The notes beneath the pieces were generated by a model. It did not search any database, was not told the DNA's origin, and saw only the letters and a list, made by a program, of their open reading frames with translations. A DNA stretch of 64,000 nt from an uncultured Gemmatimonadaceae bacterium. Its GTDB lineage: Bacteria > Gemmatimonadota > Gemmatimonadetes > Gemmatimonadales > Gemmatimonadaceae. Position numbers and translations under genes: made by a program. The DNA lies in the NCBI GenBank assembly GCA_963822945.1, contig CAWGJO010000006.1, forward strand, positions 1 to 64,000. The letters run 5' to 3'. Shown one piece after another: positions 52,233 through 62,441 of this stretch (its first letter is position 1; each line of letters begins with the position of its first letter).

Positions 52233-52735
52233 GCCCATCCGCGCGCGCCACGAAGACCGTCAAGGAGAGCCAACACGAGTCGTCGCAGCTCATGATGCCC
52301 GGCGACGCGAACAACCTGGGCCACGTCTTCGGCGGCGTGGTGCTCTCGATGATGGACAAGACGGCGGCCATTGCCGCGCTGCGCCACTGCCGCAACTCCG
52401 TCGTCACCGCGTCCATCGACCGCGTGGACTTCCGCGAGCCCATCCACCTGGGCGACCTGCTGGTCATGAAGGCCAGCGTCAACTACGTGGGGCGCACCTC
52501 CATGGAGGTGGGCGTGCGGGTAGAGGCCGAGGACCTGCTCACCGGCCTGCGGCGGCACACCAATTCCTGCTACCTCACCTTCGTGGCCGTGGACCGCAAT
52601 GGGCGCCCGGTGGGCGTCCCGGCGCTCAAGCCGGAGAGTCCCATAGAGTTACGCCGGTACGAGGCCGCCGAGGCCCGCCGCCGCCGGCGGCTGGAGGAAC
52701 GTGAGGCGGAGCGGCGACAGGAGGAAGAGGCCTGA
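52229..52735 (+). CDS. Acyl-CoA thioesterase (hotdog, YciA-like)
   Basis: DANNLGHVFGG, VVTASID, VGRTSMEV. Confidence 0.92.
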   Translation: MSPSARATKTVKESQHESSQLMMPGDANNLGHVFGGVVLSMMDKTAAIAALRHCRNSVVTASIDRVDFREPIHLGDLLVMKASVNYVGRTSMEVGVRVEAEDLLTGLRRHTNSCYLTFVAVDRNGRPVGVPALKPESPIELRRYEAAEARRRRRLEEREAERRQEEEA

Positions 52736-52785
52736 CGCCCGCCGGTGCATTGTTCGGGGTGCGCGCTTCTGGGTATACTCCAGAC

Positions 52786-53188
52786 ATGAAGCTATTCACC
52801 GTCGATCAGGCAAACGCGACGCTGCCGCTCGTGCGGAAGATCGTCGCTGACGTGGTGCGCGAGCACGCCGTATGGCGCGAGAAGATTCTCGAACTCGACC
52901 TCGCGGCCTCCGAACGCGCACGCCGAGAGCGAGCGTGCCAACACCGAGCGGTTGGAGCGCGAGGTTCAGGCGCGGGCCCGCGAGATCTCGGGCTTCCAGC
53001 GCGAACTCGGCGCCCTCGGCATCGAGATGAAGGATCCGCGGCTTGGACTCGTGGACTTCCCCAGCGAGATCAACGGCCGCCGGATCCTGCTCTGCTGGCG
53101 CCTGGGCGAGCCCGAGATCCAGTTCTGGCACGAGGTGGACGGCGGGTACGCCGGCCGCCAACCGCTGGAGCCCTCGCTGGTCGGCTGA
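52786..53188 (+). CDS. DUF2203 family protein (frameshift ~52920)
   Basis: FTVDQANATLP; KDPRLGLVDFP, LCWRLGE, WH, GYAGR. Confidence 0.85.
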
Positions 53189-53229
53189 CCTCCCGCTCTC
53201 GACCTTCCTCACTCTCCCGAACCCCACCC

Positions 53230-53538
53230 ATGCTCACCTACAACGCGCCGGACGGCATTCAGTACACCGTTCAGGTTGCGGTTCCGGCTTCCAGCAACGC
53301 CGTGGTGTACTTCCGGCACCCCGACGGGCAGCACACGCGCCTCGACCGGTACAACTGGTACATCAGCCACGGGCCCGAGGCGCGCAGCGTCACGGGCCGA
53401 CTCGATCCGAAGCTCGTGGAACAGTCGCTGGACCAGGAGATGCTGGCGCGGCTCTTCCGCCGGTCGATGCCGGTGTCGCGTCCCGATCCGGCGCACGACG
53501 TCTGGCGTTCGGAGACATCACACTCTGGGCGGAACTGA
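53230..53538 (+). CDS. Hypothetical protein
   Basis: MLTYNAPDG... with GC3-rich codon usage. Confidence 0.6.
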   Translation: MLTYNAPDGIQYTVQVAVPASSNAVVYFRHPDGQHTRLDRYNWYISHGPEARSVTGRLDPKLVEQSLDQEMLARLFRRSMPVSRPDPAHDVWRSETSHSGRN

Positions 53539-54468
53539 GCCCTCTCCCGCGTCGCGGTAGGGCACGTCGATCTCCATTCCGTCCTTCCCCACGACCGTGT
53601 CGCGGAACACTTCCCGCGCCTCGCGGGCGAGGTCGGACGTATCGCGCGAGTAGCGCGCCGACAGGTGCGTGAGCACGAGCCGGCGCACGCCGGCCTTCGC
53701 GGCGACCTCCGCCGCTTCCCTCGCCGTGGAGTGCCCGGTCTCCCGCGCGCGCTCCGCCTCCTCATCCGCGAACGTGGCCTCGTGGAGCAGCAGATCGGCG
53801 TCGCGTGACATCTCGATGGTGGTCTCGCAGGGGCGTGTGTCGCCGGTGACCACCACCGTGCGGCCCGGACGCTCGGGGCCCACGAGTTCGCCGGGCTCCA
53901 CGACGCGCCCGTCGGCAAGGGTCACCGCCTGGCCGCGGTGGATCTGCCCCCACTGCGGCCCTTCGGGAATGCCGAGTTCGCGCGCCCGCTCCGGGTTGAA
54001 GCGTCCCTTGCGGACCTGTTCGATGAGCGCATAGCCGAACGAGGTCGCCGGGCCGTGGTCCACGGGGAAGGGCACGATCGCATAGTCGCCGTACTCCACG
54101 CGCTGCATCGCGTCCAGTTCGACGATCTCCACCGGGAAGCTGATGCGATCGACGCCGAACTCCTTGGCCCGTTTCAGATGCCGGCCCGCGCCGCGGGGGC
54201 CGAACAGTCGCATGGCGTCGGTGCGTCCCTGCAGCGCCATGGTGCGCATGAGGCCGATCACGCCGATCACGTGGTCGGCGTGGAAGTGCGTGAAGTAGAT
54301 GTCGCGCAGGGAGAACGACACGCCGTAGCGCATCATCTGGCGCTGGGTGCCCTCGCCGCAGTCGAACATGATCGTCTCGCCCTCGCGCACGAGGACCACG
54401 GAAGACACGTTGCGCTCCACCGTGGGGCGCGAGGCGGAGGTGCCGAGCAGGCCGAGGGAGAGGGACAT
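53518..54468 (-). CDS. rnz: Ribonuclease Z
   Basis: FDCGEGTQ, THFHADH, GDTRP, HEAT, HST, THLSARY, exosite arm GIPEGP. Confidence 0.95.
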   Translation of the reverse strand: MSLSLGLLGTSASRPTVERNVSSVVLVREGETIMFDCGEGTQRQMMRYGVSFSLRDIYFTHFHADHVIGVIGLMRTMALQGRTDAMRLFGPRGAGRHLKRAKEFGVDRISFPVEIVELDAMQRVEYGDYAIVPFPVDHGPATSFGYALIEQVRKGRFNPERARELGIPEGPQWGQIHRGQAVTLADGRVVEPGELVGPERPGRTVVVTGDTRPCETTIEMSRDADLLLHEATFADEEAERARETGHSTAREAAEVAAKAGVRRLVLTHLSARYSRDTSDLAREAREVFRDTVVGKDGMEIDVPYRDAGEGSVPPRV

Positions 54469-54484
54469 GGGGGTGCAATATAGA

Positions 54485-54556
54485 GACGGTCGGACGGTCA
54501 GACAGTCGGACAGTCGGACAGTCAGACAGTCGGACAGTCGGACAGTCGGACAGTCA
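54485..54556 (+). repeat. GACAGTCG octamer array (9 units)
   Basis: (GACRGTCR)9; the last unit contains the minus-strand TGA of the dehydratase. Confidence 0.95.
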
Positions 54557-55518
54557 GGAAGCGGAGTGGTCCAGCACCGCGCGCCAGCGTGCGTCGTCGA
54601 TGTTGCCGCCCGAGACGATGACGGCGGCCGGAAATTCGAGCCGCGACTTGTTGAACAGCACCGCGCCGGTGGCGACAGCGCCCGCCCCCTCGACCTTCAG
54701 GTCGTGCGCGACGTGCAGCAGCGCGATCGCCTTGCCGATCTCCTCCTCGGTGAGCAGCACGATGTCGTCGAGCGCGTGGAGTCCGATGTCGAGCGCTTCC
54801 TCGTCGATCTGGCCGGCCAGGCCGTCGGCGAGGGTGGGCGTCACCGGGATCTCGATCACTCGGCGCGCGGCCACCGACCTGGCCATCGCCGCGGTCTGGT
54901 CGCTCTGCGCGCCGACGATGCGGACCGGCGGCGCTTCGCGGCGCAGCAGCGAGGCGCATCCGCCCAACAGTCCCCCCCGCCCACGCATACCACGAGCGTG
55001 CGCAGCTCCGGAAGCTGCTGCATGATTTCCAGCGCCACCGTGCCCTGGCCTGCCAGGAGCATGTCGCCGAGGCAGGGGTTGATGAACGTCAGTCCGTGTT
55101 CGCGGCCGAACGCCTTGGCCGCCGCCATCGCGGCGTCGTAGTCGGGTTGCGAATCGTCCAGCGTGGCGCCGAGCGCGCGGATGCCCGACTTCTTGACCTC
55201 CGGGGCGTTGGCGGGCACGAAGATCGTGGCCGCTATGCCCAGCGCTCTGGCGGCGTAGGCGACGCCCAGTCCGTGGTTGCCGGCGGACGAGGCGACCACG
55301 CCGCGCCGCTTGGCGTCGGGAGGGAGTGTGGCCAGCGCGTTGAGCGCTCCGCGCAACTTGAAGGAGCCCGTGACCTGGCGGTTCTCGAGCTTCAGGTAGA
55401 CATCGCCGCCGGCGATGTGCGACAGCGCGTCGCTCTTGAGCAGCGGGGTGCGGATCGCGTGGGCCGCGATGCGGTCGGCGGCACGGTGCACTTCCAGTGG
55501 GCGGAGATCTTCGAACAT
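54554..55518 (-). CDS. Threonine/serine dehydratase family PLP enzyme (frameshift ~54975)
   Basis: KLENRQVTGSFKLRGA, SAGNHG, GQGT, VGGG, SGGN. Confidence 0.92.
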
Positions 55519-55668
55519 GGGGGGCATGCTAGGGCGGCCCGGGGTGCCGAGCAAGGGAACATCCGGGTCCCGGGCCGGGCGGGTGCGCCGTCCCGGGTCC
55601 GGGCCGGCCGGGGGACCGGATGGCGTGGGCACGCGAGTTGTGACCGTAAGCACAAGCCGGTCGTCACC

Positions 55669-55697
55669 TTGACTGTAGAGGGTCGTGAGACTAGGAT
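55669..55697 (+). promoter_or_regulatory. Promoter of tRNA-Ala
   Basis: TTGACT, 17 bp, TAGGAT. Confidence 0.65.
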
Positions 55698-55790
55698 TCA
55701 CTCAGTCGAGCGGCCCCGCACGCGGGGCCGTTGCTGTAGGAACCCGGGTGCGAACGGGCAGCGCAGTCTTTCCGGCGTCTCGGGCCTTTC

Positions 55791-55863
55791 GGGGCTGTAG
55801 CTCAGCTGGGAGAGCGCTGCAATCGCACTGCAGAGGTCAGGGGTTCGATCCCCCTCAGCTCCA
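55791..55863 (+). tRNA. tRNA-Ala (CGC), CCA not encoded
   Basis: GGGGCTG...CAGCTCC-A; anticodon arm CTGCA-ATCGCAC-TGCAG; GGTTCGATCC T-arm. Confidence 0.95.
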
Positions 55864-56013
55864 TTCGCGAGGCAACTCGCGCAAAAATAATTGCCCGCCG
55901 CCGTTCGGTAGGACGGAGAGTTCCAATGACGGCGAGCGTGGCAAACAACAATGGCAACGCCGCGAACCAAGTGTTCGCGGCGTTCTTGTTTTGAGACGGT
56001 TGGCCGAAGGCAG

Positions 56014-57345
56014 CTACTTCGGCGGAAGGAGCGCTCCGTAATCGGAGCGTGCTGCGTCGAAGGCGTGGCCGAAGAAGGCGAATTCCTGCTTCTCGACGTC
56101 ACCGTTCTGGTCCAGGAGCACGCGCGAGATCAGTCCGCCGATGAAGCGCATGATGGAGCTCTCGTGGACTTCCGCGTGCGAGCGCCGGGTGAGGATGGTC
56201 TGCGCGCCGGCCGTGTCGCGCACCGAGACCTCGTACCACATCCCCTGGCCCTGGAAGGGGCGCTTGAGGGGCGCGCTCAGGAAGTGCGCCGCGGCGAAGG
56301 GCAGCAGCCAGTCGGGTTCCTGTCCGAAGTGGAGCGTCCACGAACGCTCGTGCGCCGAGCGCGCGATGACGAAGTCCGAGGTGAAGTGGTGCACGCCCAC
56401 CCGGAAGAACTTGACCTTGGTGGAGAACGAGCCCGACAGCACCAGCGAATCGGGGAGCGGGCGTTCGCCGCCGGCGAGGGGAAGGAAGTCGCGTCCGAGC
56501 ACGCGCGCCCGCACCACGACCGGCGGGCCGTCGGAGCGCGCCGAGAAGTATTCGGCGCCCGCATGCGACGACAGATGAAAGTCGTATTGCGTGGGGCCGA
56601 CGTACTTCTTCATGTATTCGGCGAACGCCGGGTACCTGGCCCGCAGCCGGTCGGGGTGGAGCGTGAAGTGCATCGTCACCAGTTCCGACCCGTCCGGTTG
56701 GCGCTCGGCGAGCAGCGAGTCCATGGAGAAGAGCTGGGACGCCACGGCGCTCGTGCGCGGGAACGCGGCCAGATAGTCGGCGCGGATGGCGCTGTCGCTG
56801 CGGGCGCCCGCCGAGGTGAGGAGGCCGACGATGCCGTCCGCCACGTCGCGCGCGCTGATGCTGCCGAAGGCGATGGCGACGTCGGTGTCCCAGGCGTAGT
56901 CGTCGTCGCCGAGCTTGCGAAGGCGCACCAGGTGCTTGGCGTCGCCCAGCTTCGCGGGCCAGGGCACCGAGTCCATCACTTCCTGCTCGGTGATGCCCGC
57001 GGGCGTGACGAATTCGCTGAGTTCGAGCTGGCGGGTGAGCGAATCGGGTTCACGCGTCCAGACCGTCGTGTCGTCGAACACGTGCGACGGTACGAGCACC
57101 GTGCTGGCCAGCCGGTCGCGGACGTGCGCGTAGCGGGGGCCGTGGTGGATGTTGGCGTAGCGTTCGTAGAGCGCGGTGAAGGCCTGTTCCACGCGCTGGC
57201 GGCCGCCCGGTGTGGTGCCGGCGAGGGGAAGGGCGCCTTCGCGGCAGGCGCCCAGACCAAGGGCCGCTGCCAGGGCGAGCGCGGTGGCCGTTCGGCGGCG
57301 ACTGGCCGGGGAGGTGGAGCGTGGCGTAAGTCTAGAAATGAACAG
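56014..57345 (-). CDS. Hypothetical lipoprotein (frameshift ~57235; start uncertain)
   Basis: 392-aa ORF with host-like codon use; upstream frame has ALALAAALGLGAC lipobox. Confidence 0.65.
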   Translation of the reverse strand: MFISRLTPRSTSPASRRRTATALALAAALGLGACREGALPLAGTTPGGRQRVEQAFTALYERYANIHHGPRYAHVRDRLASTVLVPSHVFDDTTVWTREPDSLTRQLELSEFVTPAGITEQEVMDSVPWPAKLGDAKHLVRLRKLGDDDYAWDTDVAIAFGSISARDVADGIVGLLTSAGARSDSAIRADYLAAFPRTSAVASQLFSMDSLLAERQPDGSELVTMHFTLHPDRLRARYPAFAEYMKKYVGPTQYDFHLSSHAGAEYFSARSDGPPVVVRARVLGRDFLPLAGGERPLPDSLVLSGSFSTKVKFFRVGVHHFTSDFVIARSAHERSWTLHFGQEPDWLLPFAAAHFLSAPLKRPFQGQGMWYEVSVRDTAGAQTILTRRSHAEVHESSIMRFIGGLISRVLLDQNGDVEKQEFAFFGHAFDAARSDYGALLPPK

Positions 57346-57379
57346 GACTAAGCTCGACTTTCGGGGGCGGCGGCGAGGG

Positions 57380-57408
57380 TTGCCTTTGCGTAAGTCGAAA
57401 ACTAACTT
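57380..57408 (+). promoter_or_regulatory. Promoter of tRNA-Gln
   Basis: TTGCCT, 17 bp, TAACTT. Confidence 0.6.
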
Positions 57409-57445
57409 TGGGGGCCTCGGCGCGCAGTTATACGTTCGAGGTAGA

Positions 57446-57518
57446 TGCCCCTTGGTGTAACTGGCAACACGCCTGACTCTGGATCAGGAGAGTCCTGGTT
57501 CGATCCCAGGAGGGGCAA
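57446..57518 (+). tRNA. tRNA-Gln (CTG), CCA not encoded
   Basis: TGCCCCT...AGGGGCA-A; anticodon arm CCTGA-CTCTGGA-TCAGG; GGTTCGATCC T-arm. Confidence 0.95.
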
Positions 57519-57525
57519 CTGCAAT

Positions 57526-57559
57526 AGCCCGTGGACGTTCCACCGTCTGCGGGCTTTTT
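57526..57559 (+). terminator. Terminator after tRNA-Gln (inside element)
   Basis: AGCCCGTGGACG-loop-CGTCTGCGGGCT then TTTT. Confidence 0.8.
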
Positions 57560-57655
57560 GCATGCCCCCCGGAATCGTGGCGCCTCAAGAGTCCCCTCAA
57601 TAGTCCCGCCGCGAGCCGCGAGTCGAGAAAGGGCCGTGTAGGTCACTGGATATGT

Positions 57656-58042
57656 GTGAAACACACATCCATTGGCGACCTGCCAGCCGAGTGGCGGGAG
57701 CGAGCGGACTACCTCCGCGAGTACGGCGATACCAACTCGGCCAAACTGTGGGAACTCGCCGCCGCTGAACTCGAACGCGCGTGGACCGCATTCGGCGAGG
57801 ACACGCTGTCCTTGGCCGATGCCGCGCGGCAATCCGGCTACACGCCCGGACACCTCGGCGCGCTGGTCAAGCGTGGCCTGATCCCCAATGCCGGGCGTCG
57901 TGGCGCCCCGCGCATCCGTCGCAGTGATCTGCCGGTGAAGCAGCCCGGCGGTCCTGGCCGCCCCTCCCGACCTCGGGCGGTCCCCAGCCGCGCACACCTT
58001 CGGCGCGCGGCCCTTTCCACCCCTCCGCAGGAGACTCCATGA
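57656..58042 (+). CDS. HTH DNA-binding protein, excisionase-like
   Basis: LSLADAARQSGYTPGHLGALVKRGLIPN...PRIRRSDL; ATGA overlap with the integrase. Confidence 0.7.
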   Translation: MKHTSIGDLPAEWRERADYLREYGDTNSAKLWELAAAELERAWTAFGEDTLSLADAARQSGYTPGHLGALVKRGLIPNAGRRGAPRIRRSDLPVKQPGGPGRPSRPRAVPSRAHLRRAALSTPPQETP

Positions 58043-59230
58043 AACGGAAACTGTGGTCCGTCACTCGCATCACGCACCCCAAGCACCCCGGCTTGGTGGT
58101 CCGCGTGGGCGAGTATCAATCCGGCGGCACGCTGCACGTGTTCCGCTGGGTGCGCGGCAAGCAAATCAGCCGCTCATTGAAGTGTCGGCGCGTCGATCTC
58201 GGGACCACGACGCGGCAGCAGGAACGCGAGGCGCGACGCTTGGGCGCGGAGTTCATTGAAGAACTCGCATCCGCCCCGCCCGAGAGCGGCGATGAGGATC
58301 CCACGCGCCATCGGCTCCGGGGACCGCTGACGTTGAGCGCACTCGCGGATCGCTACGAACGGGACGGGTTCGCGGGGCGCACGAAGGGGTACAAGCGGGA
58401 CGCCCTGGCCTCGATACGCCGTGTGGCGGCGGCGCTCGGCGCCGATCTGCCCATCGCCCACATCAAACCCTCTCACCTCGCACGTTACCTCGCTGCGCGG
58501 GTGGCGGAGGGGCATGCGCCCGCTGGGCGGCGTGACTTGGTGGCGACGACCATCGCGCTGAACTGGGCGTGCGGTGAGGAGTTGATTGACGCGAACCCGC
58601 TGGCGACCAAACGCGCCCGCGACGCCATGCGGATCGACCACGAGCCTCGCCGCCCGGTGGTCACGAAGGCCCGTTACGCGGCGCTCTGCCAGGTGGCCCC
58701 GCAACTGCCGCCCGCATTCCTGCCGCTGCTGCATCTGGCGTGGCACACCGGCCATCGGATCAGCGCCATTCTCGGGCTCCGCTGGGAGCATATCGTGTTC
58801 ACCGCTACGCCCGACGCGCCCCACGGGCGGATCACCTGGTACGCCGGGGCCATTCGGAATCGCAAACGCCACGAGCACACGCTGCCGATGAACAAGCCCG
58901 CGCACGACGCGCTCCTCGTGTGGCAGCGGCGGCGGGGCAAACAGGTCGGGGCAGGGTGGGTGTTCCCGGGCGCAAAGGACCCCACACCAGCCGCTCGATC
59001 AATTCCCGCCCCGCACCTGGATGCGGAACGCCGAACGGCTCGCCAAGCTCCCCCACCTCGATGGCGGCAGTTGGCACCCCTTCCGCCGAGGGTGGGCCAC
59101 CGCGCGGAAGGCGCTGCCGTTGAAGGACGTGGCCGCTGGGGGCGGGTGGACCGACACCGCGACCGTCCTCAAGTCATACCAGCACGCGGATGCCGAGGCG
59201 ACCAAGGCGGCGACGACGTTCGTAGCGTAG
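58039..59230 (+). CDS. Tyrosine recombinase/integrase (frameshift ~59000)
   Basis: HTGHRISAILGLRW (catalytic R); after the shift WHPFRR, GGW, LKSYQH (catalytic Y). Confidence 0.9.
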
Positions 59231-59336
59231 CCGGATACCGGCGAATTCTTCGGCAGGTGGGGTTTTTAGTTCTTTGAACCCACGCTGTCTGGCGTCGTTC
59301 CCTTGTCGTGGGCGTCGATAACGGTCAGTTTTCGGC

Positions 59337-60068
59337 TTGATCCTTCGCAGGCATCAACACGCCGACATCGACGCCGCCTACAACTTGTTGACGTCAGGGA
59401 AGTCTCTCCGTATAGGACCCGGCCAATCCGGCCAGCCGATCGCCTCCATCTGGAAGTTTTGGGTTGAAGGGAAGGAGGTGTATGCGATGAACCGCGACTT
59501 CGGTATCCCGAAGATTAGCGTGCATGCCTCCGGCCAGATTCACTACCGTCCGACCCCCCGGGACGTGCAACTGCTTGCTCCGGCCCTACCGCTGCCGGAC
59601 ACGCCGTGGCAAGCGGCTCTGCAGATTCGATTCCTGATCACCGCCAACCGCACCCATCAGCGCCTCACCAAGAGCTTAAGAGGGGCGAAGAGGCGCGCCT
59701 CGTACAGGTCGGGGACGGCCAAATGCTGATCCTAGACCTGTTGGTTGCTCCTCCCGGCACGCGAGGGGACACTGCCAACCCGCCTGTTCTTTCCAGCGCG
59801 CAGCGCGCGTGGGCGGCATCGCTGCACGGATGGGCGTCAAGCGCTGCTCCTGGCCCGAGTGACCGATCTCGATGAAGAGAACAGGGGACACGCCGCATTT
59901 CTGCGGGGCCCGGACCGCCCGAAACTGACGGGTCGCAGGGGCAGTCCCCGAAATCCTGCGCATTCGCGGTAGCTCGGAAGGAAACATTCTGCTGATCGTC
60001 CCGGCCAGGCCTGAGGCAGTTCGAACGCTCGGTCCCCCAGCGTCGCAGGAGCCTGATCCTGCGCTTAG
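59337..60068 (+). CDS. Hypothetical cargo protein with multiple frameshifts (possibly a pseudogene; end approximate)
   Basis: ORFs 59337..59729, 59606..59875 and 59745..59972 read as consecutive pieces of one protein. Confidence 0.45.
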
Positions 60069-60174
60069 ACGTCAGCCGAGCGCCAATATCTCCTGCCCAG
60101 ACGCCCGCTGTGAGATTGTCGCCCCCGACGGGAGACCGGTAGGAATCCTAGGCCTGACCGGCTCCAACTCTGTC

Positions 60175-60480
60175 GTGACACTGTCGAAGAATGATCGCGT
60201 GATGGTGCAACTCGGTGTGGTAAGGCTCACGTTGCATGAGGCCAATTTGATTCCGGACGGGCGCTTCGAACTGCCGACGATTCACCTCGCGTACATTCCG
60301 GCCGTTGGGAGCCTTCGCCCGCGCGAGTGGGGGCTCAATGCTCGGTGCACGTTCGACGGCGCCGTGTTCAAGGTTGAACTCGCCCCCAAGTCCGTTGGTC
60401 TGTTGCCGAACGGCGCCCCGCCAACACCTGAGGTCCTTGCCGATGAGCAACTTCGTTCACTTCGCCACCGTCGACGCTAG
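60175..60480 (+). CDS. Hypothetical cargo protein
   Basis: 101-aa ORF with protein-like composition; no recognised motif. Confidence 0.35.
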   Translation: MTLSKNDRVMVQLGVVRLTLHEANLIPDGRFELPTIHLAYIPAVGSLRPREWGLNARCTFDGAVFKVELAPKSVGLLPNGAPPTPEVLADEQLRSLRHRRR

Positions 60481-60879
60481 TTCTGACGGCGACCCGATCA
60501 AATCCAATCGCAACAGCGGCACTCAACGGGACACTTGTCCTGCACGACAGAATATCACCGTCGCAACCAAGCTGATCCACATGCCTGAATGGTACCGGTT
60601 CAAGTTTTTCTCTGGCGTTCTCTGCGCCTTGTCACGAGCGTCAAGTGATCGCCCTACCTCACGCGCTGCAACACGCCCCAAGACTACCTGCATACCCGCA
60701 CCGACGACGAGATCAAAGAACTACAGGTCGCGTTCACTGTCAGGCTGCACAACCACCACCGAGAGGAACGATCTGGCCCGCCTCATTCACGCCGAGGGGC
60801 GCCGACGCAGGCTGTGGTAGCCGCTGCCGGGCGCGATGATTGCCCACCGCGCCGTCAATGAACGATTGAGGCCGAACCC

Positions 60880-61689
60880 ATGCTCGCTATCGTCGTTACC
60901 GTCGGACTCAGTCTCTTGTCGCTGTACGTCGGCATGGCGGCAGCAGGCGCGCAGCAAGACCGGGCTGCCTTGCGACGGCAGCGCGGTGTGGCCAAGGCGC
61001 TGCTGGCCGAACTCGACCGCATCGACGCGGAGATTTCCCGCATGCAGCAGACGGGGCTTCTCCCATACACGGGCTACCCCCCGGTTCCGGTCCCCACCAC
61101 GATTCATCGCTGGATTGAGGGCCTCATCTCGCAAATTGCCGACGAGGCCCCAGATGTTGTTGGTGGGTTCATGCGCCTAGAAGTAGCGCTCGTTGTGTTA
61201 GCGCAGGTCACCGACCGCGCTCGAACCTCATTCACCGCAGTCGGCCACGCCTACGATGACTTTATGCTCTATGAGGAGAGGCGTCGGGAAGACTTTTCGG
61301 CGTGGCGACATGACGGGAACACCAACCGATGGGCTGCCCCCGCACCAGACGCGACGATGGACGAACTGCCGGACGACGCGGAATCGCTTCTGCGACTCGA
61401 ACTGAGATCTCCTTCGCTCAAGGCGGCCGCTGCCGCCAAGCGCAAATGGCTTGAGGCGGTGGCAATCAACGAGAAAGACGTTGCGGAGTATCGGAGTCAA
61501 CCCTTGGCCGTCAGGTCAATCTTGATCCGCCTCCAAGAACGGCTCTACCCAATCGCGCGCCGGGTGATCCCGACACTTCCAAACCTCGTGTTGAAGACGG
61601 CTATTCCACTGGTCGAAGATGCTCAAGACGCGCAACGGGCGGATGAGAAAGCACTCGAGGAATTCCGCTCCGGACACCGCCAGTTGTAG
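60880..61689 (+). CDS. Hypothetical cargo protein, N-terminal TM plus helical domain
   Basis: 269-aa ORF; MLAIVVTVGLSLLSLYVG TM; ALLAELDRI. Confidence 0.65.
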   Translation: MLAIVVTVGLSLLSLYVGMAAAGAQQDRAALRRQRGVAKALLAELDRIDAEISRMQQTGLLPYTGYPPVPVPTTIHRWIEGLISQIADEAPDVVGGFMRLEVALVVLAQVTDRARTSFTAVGHAYDDFMLYEERRREDFSAWRHDGNTNRWAAPAPDATMDELPDDAESLLRLELRSPSLKAAAAAKRKWLEAVAINEKDVAEYRSQPLAVRSILIRLQERLYPIARRVIPTLPNLVLKTAIPLVEDAQDAQRADEKALEEFRSGHRQL

Positions 61690-61718
61690 CACGCCGTCCA
61701 CCCGCGCGCTGCACGAGT

Positions 61719-62003
61719 TTACTTGCGCCGCTCGCCTTCCCGCTCCACCGCGTCCGCGAGCGTCAGGAGCGCAGCGGCGTGCTGCCGCACTGCCTGCACG
61801 AGCTGGGCCCGCGTGGCAAGCTTGGGCGTTGAGGTGCCCTGCTGCCACGCCATCGCCGCACTCCGGCCCACTCCGGCCCATCGGCCGATCACCGTCAGCG
61901 TGGGGCGCAGGGCATCCAGCAGCGCGGGGAGGTGGTTCGCGGACTTCGGCGGGACCTTCACGAGATCACCGGGCCCCCAGGTGAAACGACTGTTGCGTGC
62001 CAT
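61719..62003 (-). CDS. Small XRE-like HTH protein
   Basis: TLTVIGRWAGVGRSAAMAWQQGTSTP; GGAGG RBS. Confidence 0.6.
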   Translation of the reverse strand: MARNSRFTWGPGDLVKVPPKSANHLPALLDALRPTLTVIGRWAGVGRSAAMAWQQGTSTPKLATRAQLVQAVRQHAAALLTLADAVEREGERRK

Positions 62004-62016
62004 AGCGTTCCTCCGG

Positions 62017-62268
62017 TCAGCGGACACGGGGCGGCCAGCACCCGAACTCGACTTCCTCTAACGCCTCGACTCGCGCGGTGGCGGTGGGAAGATCGTGCCA
62101 GAGGAATTCTACGCGCACGCTGTCCGGGCGCGAGGACCACGCCACGCGACAGCGCACCGCGTAACAGTCCGGGACGTGGGGATCGGCCACCGCTTGGACG
62201 GCGGCGACGTGCGTGGCGCCGGTGTAGGCGCGGACATCCTTGGTGATCGTAGCGAGCAGCGGTTCCAT
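62017..62268 (-). CDS. Hypothetical protein
   Basis: AGGAG RBS before ATG 62268; co-oriented with the HTH gene. Confidence 0.55.
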   Translation of the reverse strand: MEPLLATITKDVRAYTGATHVAAVQAVADPHVPDCYAVRCRVAWSSRPDSVRVEFLWHDLPTATARVEALEEVEFGCWPPRVR

Positions 62269-62441
62269 GCGAGGGCTCCTGTGTGAACGGTGGGCCATAC
62301 GACAAGGGTCATAATGACCAAGGCCCTCGCCCTGCCCAAGCGCCATGCCGCCCCGCTACTCTTGGCGGATCATCTTGATCCGCCCGCCACCCGCCCGAGA
62401 ACTCGTGGCCTAGCAACGAGTTCTGTCGTTCACACGCGCTG

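Noticed and set aside
52750..53538. 262-aa ORF fusing DUF2203 to the next gene
   Set aside because: Frameshift at ~52920; DUF2203 ends at 53188 and a separate ATG lies at 53230.
55791..55990. tRNA-Ala as an integration site
   Set aside because: No duplicate of its 3' end noticed, and the adjacent gene has host-like codon use.
199..57351. Numerous long Arg/Pro/Ala-rich overlapping or antisense ORFs (e.g. 11711..14188, 5711..7834, 21572..23557)
   Set aside because: Shadow ORFs expected from stop-codon scarcity in high-GC DNA; they overlap well-supported genes and have no motifs.
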